NCBI RefSeq assembly: GCF_009834535.1
Contig: NC_045705.1
Span: forward strand, 32,550,001 to 32,614,000
Length of the DNA: 64,000 nucleotides
Direction: 5' to 3'
From: Camelus ferus
Lineage: Eukaryota
The translations under genes were made by a program, and so were the position numbers. Within the stretch, counting starts at the first letter, position 1; every line of letters starts with the position of its first letter. The notes beneath the pieces are model-generated. The model worked only from the letters and a program-made list of their open reading frames with translations, was not told the DNA's origin and did no database searches. Positions 39,791-51,662 of the stretch are shown here, piece after piece.

Positions 39791-39950
39791 ATGCTGGTCC
39801 ACGGACAAAGCATTGAGGGGTAAGAGCCTAGACTAATAAATGCAACTCATTTTCTCTCAGACCCGAGGACATCTGAGGCATATCCATAAAGAATATGAAA
39901 ACTCATCATAAAATGCAAAGATATTTGAGCCAAGAATTTAGAATTTATGG

Positions 39951-39956
39951 TTTATT
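39951..39956 (-). terminator. Candidate polyadenylation signal (AATAAA) for OR5M11
   Basis: tttatt on the plus strand, ~37 nt downstream of the OR5M11 stop codon. Confidence 0.35.
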
Positions 39957-39992
39957 GGAAATTGGAGGTGTTACCACCTTAGTGACCATATT

Positions 39993-40913
39993 TCATCTGA
40001 GGACTCTCTTCAGTGCTCGTTTTACGTCTTTGTTCCGCAGACTGTAGATCAGTGGGTTGAGAACTGGACTTAAGAAGGTGTAGAAGACAGCTATTATTTT
40101 GGATTCCTCAACAGTCTTCTCTGTTGGTGGTCTTACATACATGCAGAAGAGAGTCCCATAAAATAGGGTTACAGCCAGCATGTGGGAACCACAGGTGGAG
40201 AATGCCTTGTGCCTTCCCTCTGCTGACTTGATCTTGAGAATGGCAGCAATGATGAAGGCATAAGACACCAGGATGATGGTGAGGGAATTGGAGAGGTTGA
40301 AGCCAGCTGATATGAGCATGGCAAGCTCTTTGACATAAGTGTCAGAACAAGAAAGCTTAATGAGTGGCGGGTCAGCACAGTAGAAGTGGTTGATGACATT
40401 GGATCTACAGAAGTTCAAGCGGAAGGTCTGGATGGCCTGGAACAGCCCATCTGAGAAACCATAGACATAAGGGAATGTGGCCAAGCAAAGGCAGACACGC
40501 CTGGACATCTTAACACTGTAGTGCAGAGGGCTGCATATGGCCACGTAGCGGTCATAGGCCATTGCTGCCAGCATGTAAAACTCGGTGAGGAGAAGTGCTA
40601 TGAAAAGGTAACACTGTGCAAAGCAGCCAGCAAAAGTGATGGTCTTCCTCTCTGACAACAGGTTAGTCAGCATCTGCGGGGTTGCGTTCGAGGTGTAGCA
40701 CAAGTCCACGAAGGCCAGGTTAGTGAGGAAAAAGTACATGGGCGTGTGCAGGCGAGGGTCCAGTCTGATCACCAGCACCATGCCCAGGTTGCCTAGGAGG
40801 GTGACAAGGTAAACGACCAGAAACAGCACAAAGAGCAGAGGCTGGAGCTCTGGGCAATCCGTGAGCCCCAGGAGAATGAATTCTGTTATCGCACTGCCAT
40901 TGGTGATGGGCAT
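39993..40913 (-). CDS. OR5M11: Olfactory receptor 5M11, intact, 306 aa
   Basis: [24 protein letters not shown]...[19 protein letters not shown]...[10 protein letters not shown]...[10 protein letters not shown]...[14 protein letters not shown]...[13 protein letters not shown]...VLR matches recalled human OR5M11. All canonical motifs are intact. ATG 40913 is preferred because a splice acceptor lies between it and the upstream ATG at 40979. Confidence 0.9.
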   Translation of the reverse strand: MPITNGSAITEFILLGLTDCPELQPLLFVLFLVVYLVTLLGNLGMVLVIRLDPRLHTPMYFFLTNLAFVDLCYTSNATPQMLTNLLSERKTITFAGCFAQCYLFIALLLTEFYMLAAMAYDRYVAICSPLHYSVKMSRRVCLCLATFPYVYGFSDGLFQAIQTFRLNFCRSNVINHFYCADPPLIKLSCSDTYVKELAMLISAGFNLSNSLTIILVSYAFIIAAILKIKSAEGRHKAFSTCGSHMLAVTLFYGTLFCMYVRPPTEKTVEESKIIAVFYTFLSPVLNPLIYSLRNKDVKRALKRVLR

Positions 40914-40934
40914 TCTCTGAGTCTGTGCCTGCAC

Positions 40935-40960
40935 CTGGGACAAACGCAATGAAAGCAGAC
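40935..40960 (-). promoter_or_regulatory. Splice acceptor of the 5' UTR intron before the OR5M11 coding exon
   Basis: Minus strand reads ctgctttcattgcgtttgtcccAG|gtgcag, ~21 nt before the ATG. Similar pyrimidine-AG acceptors precede other ORs (minus-strand AG at 8505-8506, 14050-14051, 29840-29841, 46526-46527; plus-strand AG at 61328-61329). Confidence 0.6.
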
Positions 40961-41289
40961 GTGAAGGTGCAAATTGCATTACTGACTATTGAAATGATAT
41001 TCCTCTCCCCCTCCAGATACTATCCCAAATAAATACTGCCGTAACCCGATGCTGTACTTCTACTGAGTCATCATTTCCGTTCTCAATATACTGCACTATT
41101 ATATTTACCTTAGGTTCACCTGTACCAGTGGCTGTACCTACTGATAAGTATACTTACACCTAAGCCATTATCTAAGCTGTCTATATACCGATCTACTATT
41201 GTATTTCTCTCTCTTACCTGCAGGCTGTACCTATGGCTGTACCTGTAGATAACCATAATTATACCTACAGCTGTTACCTATCTGTACAC

Positions 41290-41630
41290 CAGAGCTGCAT
41301 ATCCCCTACCTCCCTGCACTGTTTTTCCCCTGTAAGGCTCAGTTTAAAAGCCAGTCCTTTCTGAGAATGTCTCAACCCATCCCTGTCGTACATGAGTATA
41401 AATGAATCCCTCTCTACTATTTGCTTCATGCACGCCCTACATACTCTATTTTGAGCACATTATATCCCCATAATGTATCCCCTTTCTACCCATATATGAG
41501 TTCTTCAGTGCCCGGGACAAAGTCCAGTTCATTATTGTACTGTGACTTCTAAGCATATATTTATATACTGAATTGTAAAAAGGGAAAGAAAAAAATAGTA
41601 TGAGCATGAAAGAATGAATTATTTGCAAAC
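41290..41630 (+). mobile_element. L2 3' remnant
   Basis: aagctcagtttaaaagccagtcctttctgagaatgtctc-like segment and the terminal gagcatgaaagaatgaattatttg region are typical of an L2 end. Confidence 0.5.
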
Positions 41631-42712
41631 TTCCACTCATCTCTGTATCCCTACAGAGCTTTTTGTGATGTCAGATCCTTAGAAGAGTTAAGGATTTTTT
41701 TAACTTTAGTGTACAAAGCGTTTATTTGAGAAAGCTTGTTAATCAAGCAAATTGACAGAAAGTTGGTTTCAGAAAGTGTCACGTGGGATACTGGAATCTT
41801 CACGTTTAACAATTATCCAGGAGACTCTAATGAAGATGTTCCTAGAATCACACTTTAAAAAGGCACAGTCATATATGTCAAATAAATGAATAAAGAATTA
41901 TCAAATCAAATGAATTCTCCCGCAGTATTTTGAGAACAGTCTACAGTAAAGACATAATGTGTTGACAAAGAAAAGAAGTAACTTTGGCGTGGTTAGTATT
42001 TAAGTTATTAATCACAATTGTATTTATCCAGTGGTATTACAATCCTGATGGATTTTTAGCTCGCCTTCACCACTTAACCATCCTGAGTCCCCTCCTCCCT
42101 TCTCCCCAGATGCTTTTATTTTTGTCTGTTCACTCTTGGTTAATATTTTTCAAAACCTGCACAATTCTTGCTTCATTTCTACGTTACTTTATTATAAGTT
42201 TTAGAAAGATAGTGACAAGTTTTTTTGCACCTATATCTCCTTTACCAAGAATGTTATGTGCTTAGTTAATATTTGCTGAATATGCTAATAATAGTTACTG
42301 AAAACAGACAGTGATCCTTAACCAAGATTCACTTCATTTTCTCATTTGCAAGTGGAAATAATAATATCTGTCCTGCCTCCTTCTCATGTCTTTGTGGACG
42401 TCAGACTAGATATTCATAAGACAAGTATTTCTTGGTACTCAGCATATTGTGTGATTAGGCACTTCAGTTACAAAATGAACAGAACCTTCAACAACCCCTG
42501 CCTTTGTGGCACCCACATTCTAGTGAACAGGCTGTGCTGTAAGTCAGTCCATAGTGTTTCAAATGGAATTTGGAAGACAGGAAGTTCACATTTTAATAAT
42601 AATACTAACAAAATTCATGAAAAGTTGACTCTTTTAGCAACAAATTGAAGGAGAAGGAAAGCAAGCAACAAAGCTCTTTTAAGAAGAGTGTTCTAGGAGG
42701 AATAAAGAGCAG

Positions 42713-43245
42713 AACTATTACTGAACCATCACCACCACTCCTGGGCATATATCCAGAAAAATACCCAAAACACTAATTTGAAAAGATACATGCACCCCGA
42801 AGCTCATAGCAGCACTGTTTACAGTTGCCAAGGTATGGAAACAATCTAAGTGTCCCTCTGCAGGTGAGTGAATAAAGAAGATGCAGTGCATATGCAAATA
42901 GAATATTACTCAGCCATAAAAAAGAATGAAATGTTCCCATTTGTGGCAACATGGATGGACTTGGAGAGCATTATACTAAGTGAAGTAAGTCAAACAGAGA
43001 AAGACAAATACTGTATGATATCACTTATAGGTAGAATCTAAAAAATACAACAAACTAATGAATAAAACAAAAAAACAGACACTTATAGAGAACAAACTAG
43101 TGGTTACCAGTGGGGAGAGGGAAAGGGGGAGGGGCAAAATGGGGTAGAGGAAAAGGGTTATTATGGGATTATACAAAATTATGTGTGAAACTTTTGAAAA
43201 CTGTAAAGCACTACAGAATTTAAAGAATCTTTCATTCAATAAAAA
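42713..43245 (+). mobile_element. L1 3' end fragment
   Basis: ccactcctgggcatatatccaga, catagcagcactgtttacagttgccaaggtatggaa, gagaacaaactagtggttaccagtggggagaggg, ending aatctttcattcaataaaaa. Confidence 0.85.
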
Positions 43246-45560
43246 TTATAGTAAAATACGTATAACATGAAATTTATATCAAAAAGATATGAAGACACCA
43301 CACGTGACCTTTCTTTGGAACTTGTATGCATGGGTGTGTGTACAGAGTTCACGCAGAGCAGCACAGAAGGTCATAAGTGAGCTGTTTCCTAAAACACAGA
43401 TGTTTCACTTCATTGAGAATCTGGTTCATCTCTACCTATCAGTTTCCTGCCAAAATGTCACAACCTCCACTGGAGAACAGGAGTTGGTAGTTAGGTAGTT
43501 AGTTGCGGCTTCTCTGCAAGAAGTGTTAACAAGAAATACTCTGAAAAAAAGTCTATCTATTTGTATGACAGCAGCAAGGCAGCTCAGGAGATTCCTCATA
43601 TCATTCAGCACCAAAAGAGAGAGAAGAGGTGGTGGTTACCAGGACAGAAAATAATGGAAAAACAATGATCAGGATGTAGGAATTTCAAAGTTATAAAGAC
43701 ATGGCAGGAAATTGGACTTGAGGATTCATTTGCAGAAGATCTCATTTATTACATGTCACTTAATGATTGCCTGTTGGATCTGAAATATCCTTGACTCACA
43801 AGCATAGAAACTTATGTGGGACCCAGACATCACCAACTGAAGTAGAGCAGTAGTGCTGACAAGTGGAAAGAGGTTAAAAAAAAGACTATGAAGAGTATGT
43901 GTTTACAGAGAAGGAAAAACTCAGCTGATCCGGCTGCCTGAGTCAGGCCAGAGGAAAGGTGAGCTGCTTCTGTAAGTGGCTCTTAGATGCCTGTGCTCTA
44001 AGGATGAGAAGCCTAGTATTAGGATCAGCTCTGTCCTATGTGTGAAGACATGTCCTTATATTTGTGTGGGGTGAACAGAATGTTTGTCTTTCTTGATTCT
44101 TTTGCTCTAGTGGCAGGTCTGTAAACTATTGTCCAGAAAGATCAATAGAATTTCAATAAGTTTTTTGTCCAGGAAATCAGTTGCAGTTTAACCTGATACT
44201 GAAAACAGAAAGGATTCCATGTATATATTTTGAGCAAACAAGATACAAATTTGTGGGCATCAGTTTGAGACTTTAATACAATCTCCTCTTGACTGAAAAC
44301 AAAATAGAAACAAAAAGACTTACTTCTGGCTCTGACAGGCACCTATTTTCTCAGACTCTGATTGAGGGAGTTCGTTGATGCCTCTCTAAGCCCACAAAGG
44401 CAACCATATTTCTAGCAGGATATGGGAGGCAGGGACCTGCCCTTAAAGCAAATCTCAGAAGGACTGAGGAGCAGCAGGAATGAGTGTGGCACTGGGAATC
44501 ACCTTTTTCAGGATTAATTGGAACACTTGGGGATCAGAAAGCAAATTGCAAGCCTCAGTCGTATTCTCCATAATGTCAAATTACTGTTTACCCTGAGTTC
44601 TGCGGGGAGCACACAAACAACTCTCTCAGCTGTATGTATGAGACAAATACTCAGAGGGATAAGATCTGAAAAAAGCGGGAAAAGCAACTAGATTGACTGC
44701 TAGACCCCTGCTCTGCTCAACTCCCATCTTTTCTGAGAGATTTTTCGGCACCACAGACGTCCCCAGCTTGTGTGCCTCAGGAGGAGACGCCAAAGAGAGC
44801 GGTGGGGCCCATGACCGGAGAGGTGCACAGTAGCTGGAACAAAAGTAGCCTTGTGTGAAGACTTGACAGTGATTAGATATGCTTGAAAGAGTGGTCTTTA
44901 TGGGATTTTTCTATTTTGGGCTGTGTGCTGGTAATAGTTCATAGTAAAAAAAAAATGAAACCATAAAACCAGTTTTATTAAAAGAAATAATAAAAAACTT
45001 AAATCAGGCATTTCCATCAAAAAGCTTGATGAATGAGGATTCTGTTGGGCCAGTGCTAACATAGAATGACAGTTCTTAGAGTAATAACCTGAGATCCCAA
45101 AGATCTTTATTGATATATACTATGAACAGAAGGAGAGCCCAACCAAACAATCAAAAAACCCTGCCCTGCTATGGTTGAAATGTGGTTTCAAAGAGTTTGG
45201 AAATCATTAAGCCCCCTCAAAGTCTACCAAATTGTCATTGCTACAGCATGACTGGTAATTTTGTCTTTTATAACTTTGTAGTGGTATGACTACTATGGGT
45301 AGAGTTATCTGCCCTTTATTGATTGCATAGAGCAATGACAATGCTATCTGGTCTTGTCTTTGACTTTCTATGTGAATTTTTTTTTATACACCGAGACAAA
45401 ACTGAACATAACCTAATAATTTGACACGTTCTTCCAAGTCTCATAGGTGAATTACAAAAGGCAAAACAATACTCAATGATAGTGATTTGTTAACTTAAAA
45501 TGCTCACCAATTGGTTAGAAAACATTGATATGTTAACACACCTGTGACCAAATGCCTACT

Positions 45561-46499
45561 CTATTTGGCAAACAATTTCTTTTGAATCACTTTCCTTACT
45601 GCGCTTTTAACATCTTTGTTTCGAAAGCTATAGATCAAAGGATTTAACATGGGACTCACAAAAGTATAAAATACAGCTACAATTTTCCCCTGTTCTACAG
45701 ATGCCTTGGAAGGGGGCGTTAGGTACATGCAGAACAGTGTCCCATAAAAGACAGTGACAGCTGTCAGATGGGACCCACAGGTGGAGAAGGCCTTGTGCCT
45801 CCCCTCTGCTGAGCGGATGCGCAGGATGGCTGAGAAGATGAAGATGTAGGAGATGAGGATGATGGTGAGAGAACAGGTGAGGTTGGCACCAGCCACCACG
45901 AACATGGCGGTCTCTTTGACGTAAGTGTCTGAGCAGGCCAGGACCATGAGAGGTGGGTCTGCACAGTAAAAGTGGTTGATTGCATTGGGTCCACAGAAGG
46001 AGAGGCGGAGCAGCAGGATGGTCTGTGCCAGACCATTTGCAAGCCCATAAATGTAATTAGCAGCAACGAGAGAGAGGCAGACACGTCGGGACATCTTGCT
46101 GCCATATGACAAGGGTTTGCAGATGGCCATGTAGCGGTCATAAGCCATCACTGCGAGCATGTAATAATCTGTGATCACCAAGGCAATGAAAAAGTGGAAC
46201 TGTATAAAGCAACCAAGCAAGGAAATGGTTCTTCTCTTGGACAAGAGATTAACCAGCATCTGAGGAGTGACGTTGGTGGCGTAACAGAGATCTACAAAGG
46301 AGAGGTGACTGACGAAGAAGTACATCGGAGTGTGAAGTTTCGAGTCAGTTCTGATTAAGAAAATCATGCTCACGTTGCCGATTACCGTGATGAGGTAGAC
46401 GACTAGGAACACCGCAAACAGGACAGGCTGCAGCTCCGCCCGATCTGTCAGTCCCAGGAGAATAAACTCAGTCACTGCTGTGTAGTTTGTCCTTAGCAT
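45561..46499 (-). CDS. OR5M-family olfactory receptor, intact, 312 aa (copy A)
   Basis: Full ORF with N-glycosylation sequon [39 protein letters not shown] and [16 protein letters not shown]. Confidence 0.95.
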   Translation of the reverse strand: MLRTNYTAVTEFILLGLTDRAELQPVLFAVFLVVYLITVIGNVSMIFLIRTDSKLHTPMYFFVSHLSFVDLCYATNVTPQMLVNLLSKRRTISLLGCFIQFHFFIALVITDYYMLAVMAYDRYMAICKPLSYGSKMSRRVCLSLVAANYIYGLANGLAQTILLLRLSFCGPNAINHFYCADPPLMVLACSDTYVKETAMFVVAGANLTCSLTIILISYIFIFSAILRIRSAEGRHKAFSTCGSHLTAVTVFYGTLFCMYLTPPSKASVEQGKIVAVFYTFVSPMLNPLIYSFRNKDVKSAVRKVIQKKLFAK

Positions 46500-46844
46500 T
46501 GTGTTTGCTCAGCTTCAAACGAGGTCTAAAGTAAAGGAAATAAAAATGCATTTGTCTTCGGTCACTTTTCCATTACCCACATCATGTCGTCGGATAATTA
46601 CTTCTCCTCTCTCCAACCTGTAAATGCACGTAACACAAGGAGATAGCATAGCAAGCATGAGATTGATGTTTTAAGTATCTAAAGTAATATAGAGATCCTT
46701 TGTGTATAGGCAGTCACATTTCCAAATGCTGTTTTGAAAGTCTTTTCATACTTGAAAAGCTTTTATTCTTTCCTGATTTAGTTTTCATAAATTGTTTACT
46801 TATACTTCCCTTAAACATTACTTTTCCTTGAAATTAGGATCCTT

Positions 46845-47035
46845 TGTTCTCAATGTATCTTTTTTTATTTTTATTTTTTGTTAAAGTACGGTTGATTTAC
46901 AATGTTATGTTAATTTCTGGTGTACAGTGTAGTGATTCCATTATATATGTATTTATATGTACATATATTAGTTTACTTTTTCATATTATTTTCCATATAG
47001 GCTATTACAAGGTATTGATTATAATTCCCTGTGCT
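46845..47035 (-). mobile_element. Short L1 3' tail fragment (shared with 57950-58120)
   Basis: ttaaagtacggttgatttacaatgttatgttaatttctggtgtacagtgtagtgattcc is the antisense L1 3' end. Confidence 0.75.
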
Positions 47036-49034
47036 ATCAGTACACCTTTTGATGTGGTATCAAAGCATCAGTCACATGTTTTCACAGCTACATGGACTCA
47101 AGGAGGTGGCACTGATAAATGACAGATCCTTAGAGAACTGGACTCTGTCTACCCACCCTTCTAAACTCAAGATCATTTTTACGCTGGTCCCTCACCCTGC
47201 AATGCATGTCCATTTCCCCCACTCTTGTCTACCTCAAGTGGCCTACACATCACCAAATCTTATTTAACTTTTAAGACTCAGCTCAGGATATCCATGGCTT
47301 TGTAAAATATAGCCAATTATTGGGGGCACAAAAGTAAATCAGTGCTCTTTGTGTAAAAACAGGTAAGTGTGCCCTACATAAACATTATTTGTATTTGTGC
47401 ATGTATGTGTGTGTGTATATATATATATACATATATGTGTGTATATATACACAAGTACACATATATGAGTTTTACTAAATATTCAAGGAGGGAGTGATTT
47501 GGGTAAAAATAATAATGTATTAAATGACTCTCTGTTGGGGGAGGAGGTGATCATTAAAAAAAAAATTGATGAACATATCCCCAGGTAGTAATGATTTTAT
47601 TGTAACTCTCCTTCATTTTAACTCTTGCAAAATGTAAGGAAAAACTCTATAACCTGAATGATTTCAGTTCTTTAAAACATGTGAAGCGTCATACTGATAA
47701 TTATGATCACTATTACCTGCACAGCTGAGACAGTATGTAAGAAATTGTAAAGTGCATCTTCCAACAGGTGTGCAGCATAAAAGTGACCACTAAGACCGTC
47801 ATAGAAAAATCTACATTTTCCTTCAATAACCCAGGGTCAGGCATATCAATGTTAAACTGACTCTTCTTAACAGCTATAGGGCCAAGGATGGACACACGGC
47901 ACTTCGTAAATGAGCCATTTCTGCTCTCATGCCCATTTCCATGATCTCATTCTGCACTTGAGGACTTTGGATTTATCTACCAGGGGAAAGGCAAGACCAG
48001 GCACCTACATCAGTGAAATCATAATCATTCTGTGTCTTTTAAAAATTCAAAAATTATAGTAACTCACATAAAAAGCAAAGATTCTTTTCATGCTGAGGTT
48101 GTATATTTAATAAGTCTATTTGTTAAATCCTTAACCAAGAGCCAAAATAATGAATATCTCCATTCATTTTTTTGCTATGAGGCAGTGCAAGCAACGACCA
48201 TTCCAGATCATTTAACTGAGTACTAATGGGAATAATCTTCTTTTACAAAAACAGAACACAACATCCTGCAAGACTGAGCAAGGAAAGCTCAGGGAGAAGT
48301 CTTTGCAAGTGATCAGAAGGGGTTCTCCTGACATTCACCCTCACCTTGAGGTTCTCTCTTGTAGCCTTTGCTCTAGTTCTTTTTCCATTATGATACTACT
48401 CAACTCTGTATTTATACATATGTGTACTCTGAGAAGAACAACAGAATTTAAACCAAAATATTTAATAACTTATCAGAATTATGTTTCAGGCCATAGTTTA
48501 TTTTTGTTTATTAAAATATTTATTTCTAGAGTTTGAAATATATATTTAACAATGACTAATCCTACCTGTGAAAGAAGAGTGATTCCCAGTGACAGCGAGG
48601 CTGGGAAGAACATAGGAGTTTATAGCAGAGTTGTCATAGAGGGACCAGCTCCCCGTGGTGCAATTATTCCTAGCAGACAGTCGTTCAGACTATAAACAAC
48701 CACCAGTTTTATTCTTTTTAAATTATAACCTGATTGAGGACATGATTTTTTTGCCACTCCTTAATATCATCAGGGAATCAATCCCCTGAAATGGAAGCAA
48801 TGGGATTCATTGTTTATTCTAATGTATGACCGAATGTCTTGATAATTGGAGACTTGACTTGGGGGAACTATTAAGTTCTCTTGCTTACAAAGGATAGAAT
48901 AGAGCATGGTGTGGGGAGTAAGTCTTGGAGTCTAGAAAACTGTTGGAGATCAATCAAGTATTGTTGAACTGGGATTGGTTATTTCCTGATCCTGAGCATT
49001 GCTCTTTATTTTTTAATAGGTATTATAATGCACA

Positions 49035-49505
49035 GCATTGGAGACATTGTGGGTATTCAGGTAATATAAACATGCTGGTGATTCTTCCTTTGTCAGCCTG
49101 CCCCACCCAGACCTGTTGTCTTGTTTCCAGCTGACTTTGGCCGGTGGGAGAAACCAGCAGCACGTCAGAGGTGGGAGGAAGAGAACAGTAGCCAAACTGC
49201 CCTTTCCTTTTCTCCCAGTTTCTCACGAAGGTGCTGGAGTAGCTGCATCCTTCCAAGTTGAGAAGAAGGTGGCCAGGGCTCTTCCTGGTTCTGGTCCTCA
49301 CTGGACTCCAGACAGTTGCTCCCGCCCCGACCACTTCAGGGTTACAGTGGAAACTGCCTTCTGCAATCAGCATCCAGGTGCTTAAGTCTTTGACTAAGTT
49401 CTTTAACACTTCTTTCACTGATTCTCTGTCTTTTCCTTAAATTCCCTTCAGTTACACCATCTGAGTAGCACTTTATTTTATGTCGTGTCCCGGACTCAGG
49501 CTAGA
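49035..49505 (+). mobile_element. ERVL LTR (LTR33-like), copy A
   Basis: tttccagctgactttggccggtgggagaaaccagcagcacgtcagaggtgggaggaagagaa and the 3' end cccttcagttacaccatctgagtagcac...cccggactcaggctagat resemble recalled LTR33. Boundaries approximate. Confidence 0.55.
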
Positions 49506-50220
49506 TGGGACATAGTAGTTACTCAATAAATGTCGCAGTGGAAGTTGGAGCAGTAATAGTCATTATCATAATAATAATTATTCCTTTTGTTAAAGTTTGA
49601 GATATTCCTGATTCCACCATTGTTGGATGTTAACGGAGTCATTGAATCACCCTCCTCTGGCTCCTGATTCGGCGGAACACTACCCAGGGGAGTCAGATAT
49701 TAATATTACTGGCATTACTGCAGGTAAAACCGGATTTCAGAACGTGGCTTAGACATGCTTTCCTGCCCCTCTCCTCTGAATGGAAGTCACCCGGGCACAG
49801 CAGAGCAGTGAGACAACTTACTGCCTGCTTCCCTCTCCAGAGCCATGACACATCAGCACATCTGATTGAGATGAGACACGTGTGTCAGTCACACAGAGAA
49901 GACGATGTCTTGTGCTGACAGCCAGGCAGCTGCAAATGATGTTTTTCATCATCTCACCAACCTCCATTCACCCTACCACAGCAAGCATGTGGGGGTCGAT
50001 GGAGAGAAATCAGAAATGTCCTTCAGTCTCTTTCCCTCCAAAGTCATTTAAAAACCTCTGTCTTAATCCTTGTTCTCACAGTTGGCACCCCTGTTCACCT
50101 GTTTATGCATCCCACAAGTCTCCATCATCCTTGATGACCTTTTCTAATTCCCACACCCTCCCATAGCCAGGTATCACCTCCTTGACTTTTTAAATATCTA
50201 AAGAGTCAAATTTTCCTACA

Positions 50221-50320
50221 TGAGGAAGAAGAAGAAGAAGAAAGATGGGGAGGAGGAGGAGGAGAAGGAAATCCAGGAGATCGAGGAGGAGGAAGAGAGG
50301 GAAGAAGGGAAGGAAGGAAT
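50221..50320. repeat. (GAA/GAG/GGAA) purine-rich low-complexity tract
   Basis: gaggaagaagaagaagaagaaagatggggaggaggaggaggagaagg...gaagggaaggaaggaa. Confidence 0.85.
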
Positions 50321-50780
50321 TCCTGCAATTGAAAGTAACCTCAGAGAAGTTTGCAATGGTACTTTGACAGTATTGGAAGATCTCTTTTCTTAAAAGCTTA
50401 CAAACTTCAATTGATTCATTTCTGAAATAAAAATTTCAACTTTAGGGAAGTGGCATGACCTGGAATTCAAGATGCAAGAAAAATAAGGAATGGCTCTGAC
50501 CACTTTTCAATTTCATCCACTACTATCACACTGTCAGCCTAGTACCAGACCCTATTCTTTGTGCCTGGATGTATAGCAACAATAATATATTTTATAACAT
50601 ATACATGATGTGTGTATATGTGGGTGTGTATGTATAGGTATGTATATATAATGAATATAAATACAGATGTTCATGAATTTTGAAAACTATCTGAAACATT
50701 ATTACCCATTAAATATCTAAACCCATATGGTTTGGAGTGTTTTCTGAGCCAGCCCAGAAATACCTAAGACAGCAGTATTT

Positions 50781-51662
50781 TTTTTATTGAGGTATAATCA
50801 GTTTACAATGTTGTGTCAATTTCTGGTGTACTGCACAATGCTTCAGTCATACATGGATATACATATATTCATTTTCTTATTCTTTTTCACCAATAAGCTA
50901 CTACAAGATATTGAATATAGTTCTCTGAGCTATACAGTATAAACTTGTTTATCTATTTTATATATACCATTCAGTATCTGCAAATCTTGAACTCCAGTTT
51001 ATCCCATCCCACCGTCCTCCCCGCTGACAACCACAAGTCTGTATTTTATGACTCTGAGTCTGTTTTATACATAAGTTCATTTGTCTTCTTTTTCAGACTG
51101 CACATATGAATGATATCATATGGTATTTTTCTTTCTCTTTGTGGCTTACTTCACTTAGAATNNNNNNNNNNNNNNNNNNNNNNNNNNNNNNNNNNNNNNN
51201 NNNNNNNNNNNNNNNNNNNNNNNNNNNNNNNNNNNNNNNNNNNNNNNNNNNNNNNNNNNNNNNNNNNNNNNNNNNNNNNNNNNNNNNNNNNNNNTCCCAT
51301 GTCTTGGCTATTGTAAATAGTGCTGCTATGAACATTGGGGTGCAGGTGTCCTTTTGAATTAAGGTTCCCTCTGGATATATGCCCAGGAGTGGGATTGCTG
51401 GGTCACATGGTAAGACTATTTTTAGTCTTTCGAGGAATCACCATACTGCTTTCCACAATGGCTGCACCAAATTGCATTCCCACCAACAGCGTAGGAGGGC
51501 TCCCTTTTCTCCAAACCTTCCCAGCATTTATCACTTGTGGAATTTTGAATGATGGCCGTTCTGACTGGTGTGAGGTAATACCTCACTGTAGTTTTGATTT
51601 GCATTTCTCTGATAATTAGTGATACTGAGCATTTTTTCATGTTCTTATTAGTCATTCATATG
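50781..51662 (-). mobile_element. 5'-truncated L1 insertion (contains 133 N at 51162-51294)
   Basis: Antisense L1 3' end with a T-rich tail. 16-bp TSD taagacag(c/t)agtattt at 50765-50780 and 51663-51678. The ORF2 C-terminal remnant [19 protein letters not shown] appears in the track ORF 51422-51655. Confidence 0.9.

Larger units (their letters stand above)
44657..49897. repeat. Segmental duplication, copy A (paralogous to 55721-60059)
   Basis: Colinear homology from gggataagatctgaaaaaagc to gtgtgtcagtcacacaga, containing the OR gene, an L1 tail and an LTR33-like LTR. Confidence 0.9.

Noticed and set aside
18882-40979. Track start codons at 19844 and 40979 as true OR starts
   Set aside because: Homology to OR N-termini begins at ATG 19808 and ATG 40913. 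The 19844 start is not an ATG, and 40979 lies upstream of a predicted splice acceptor.
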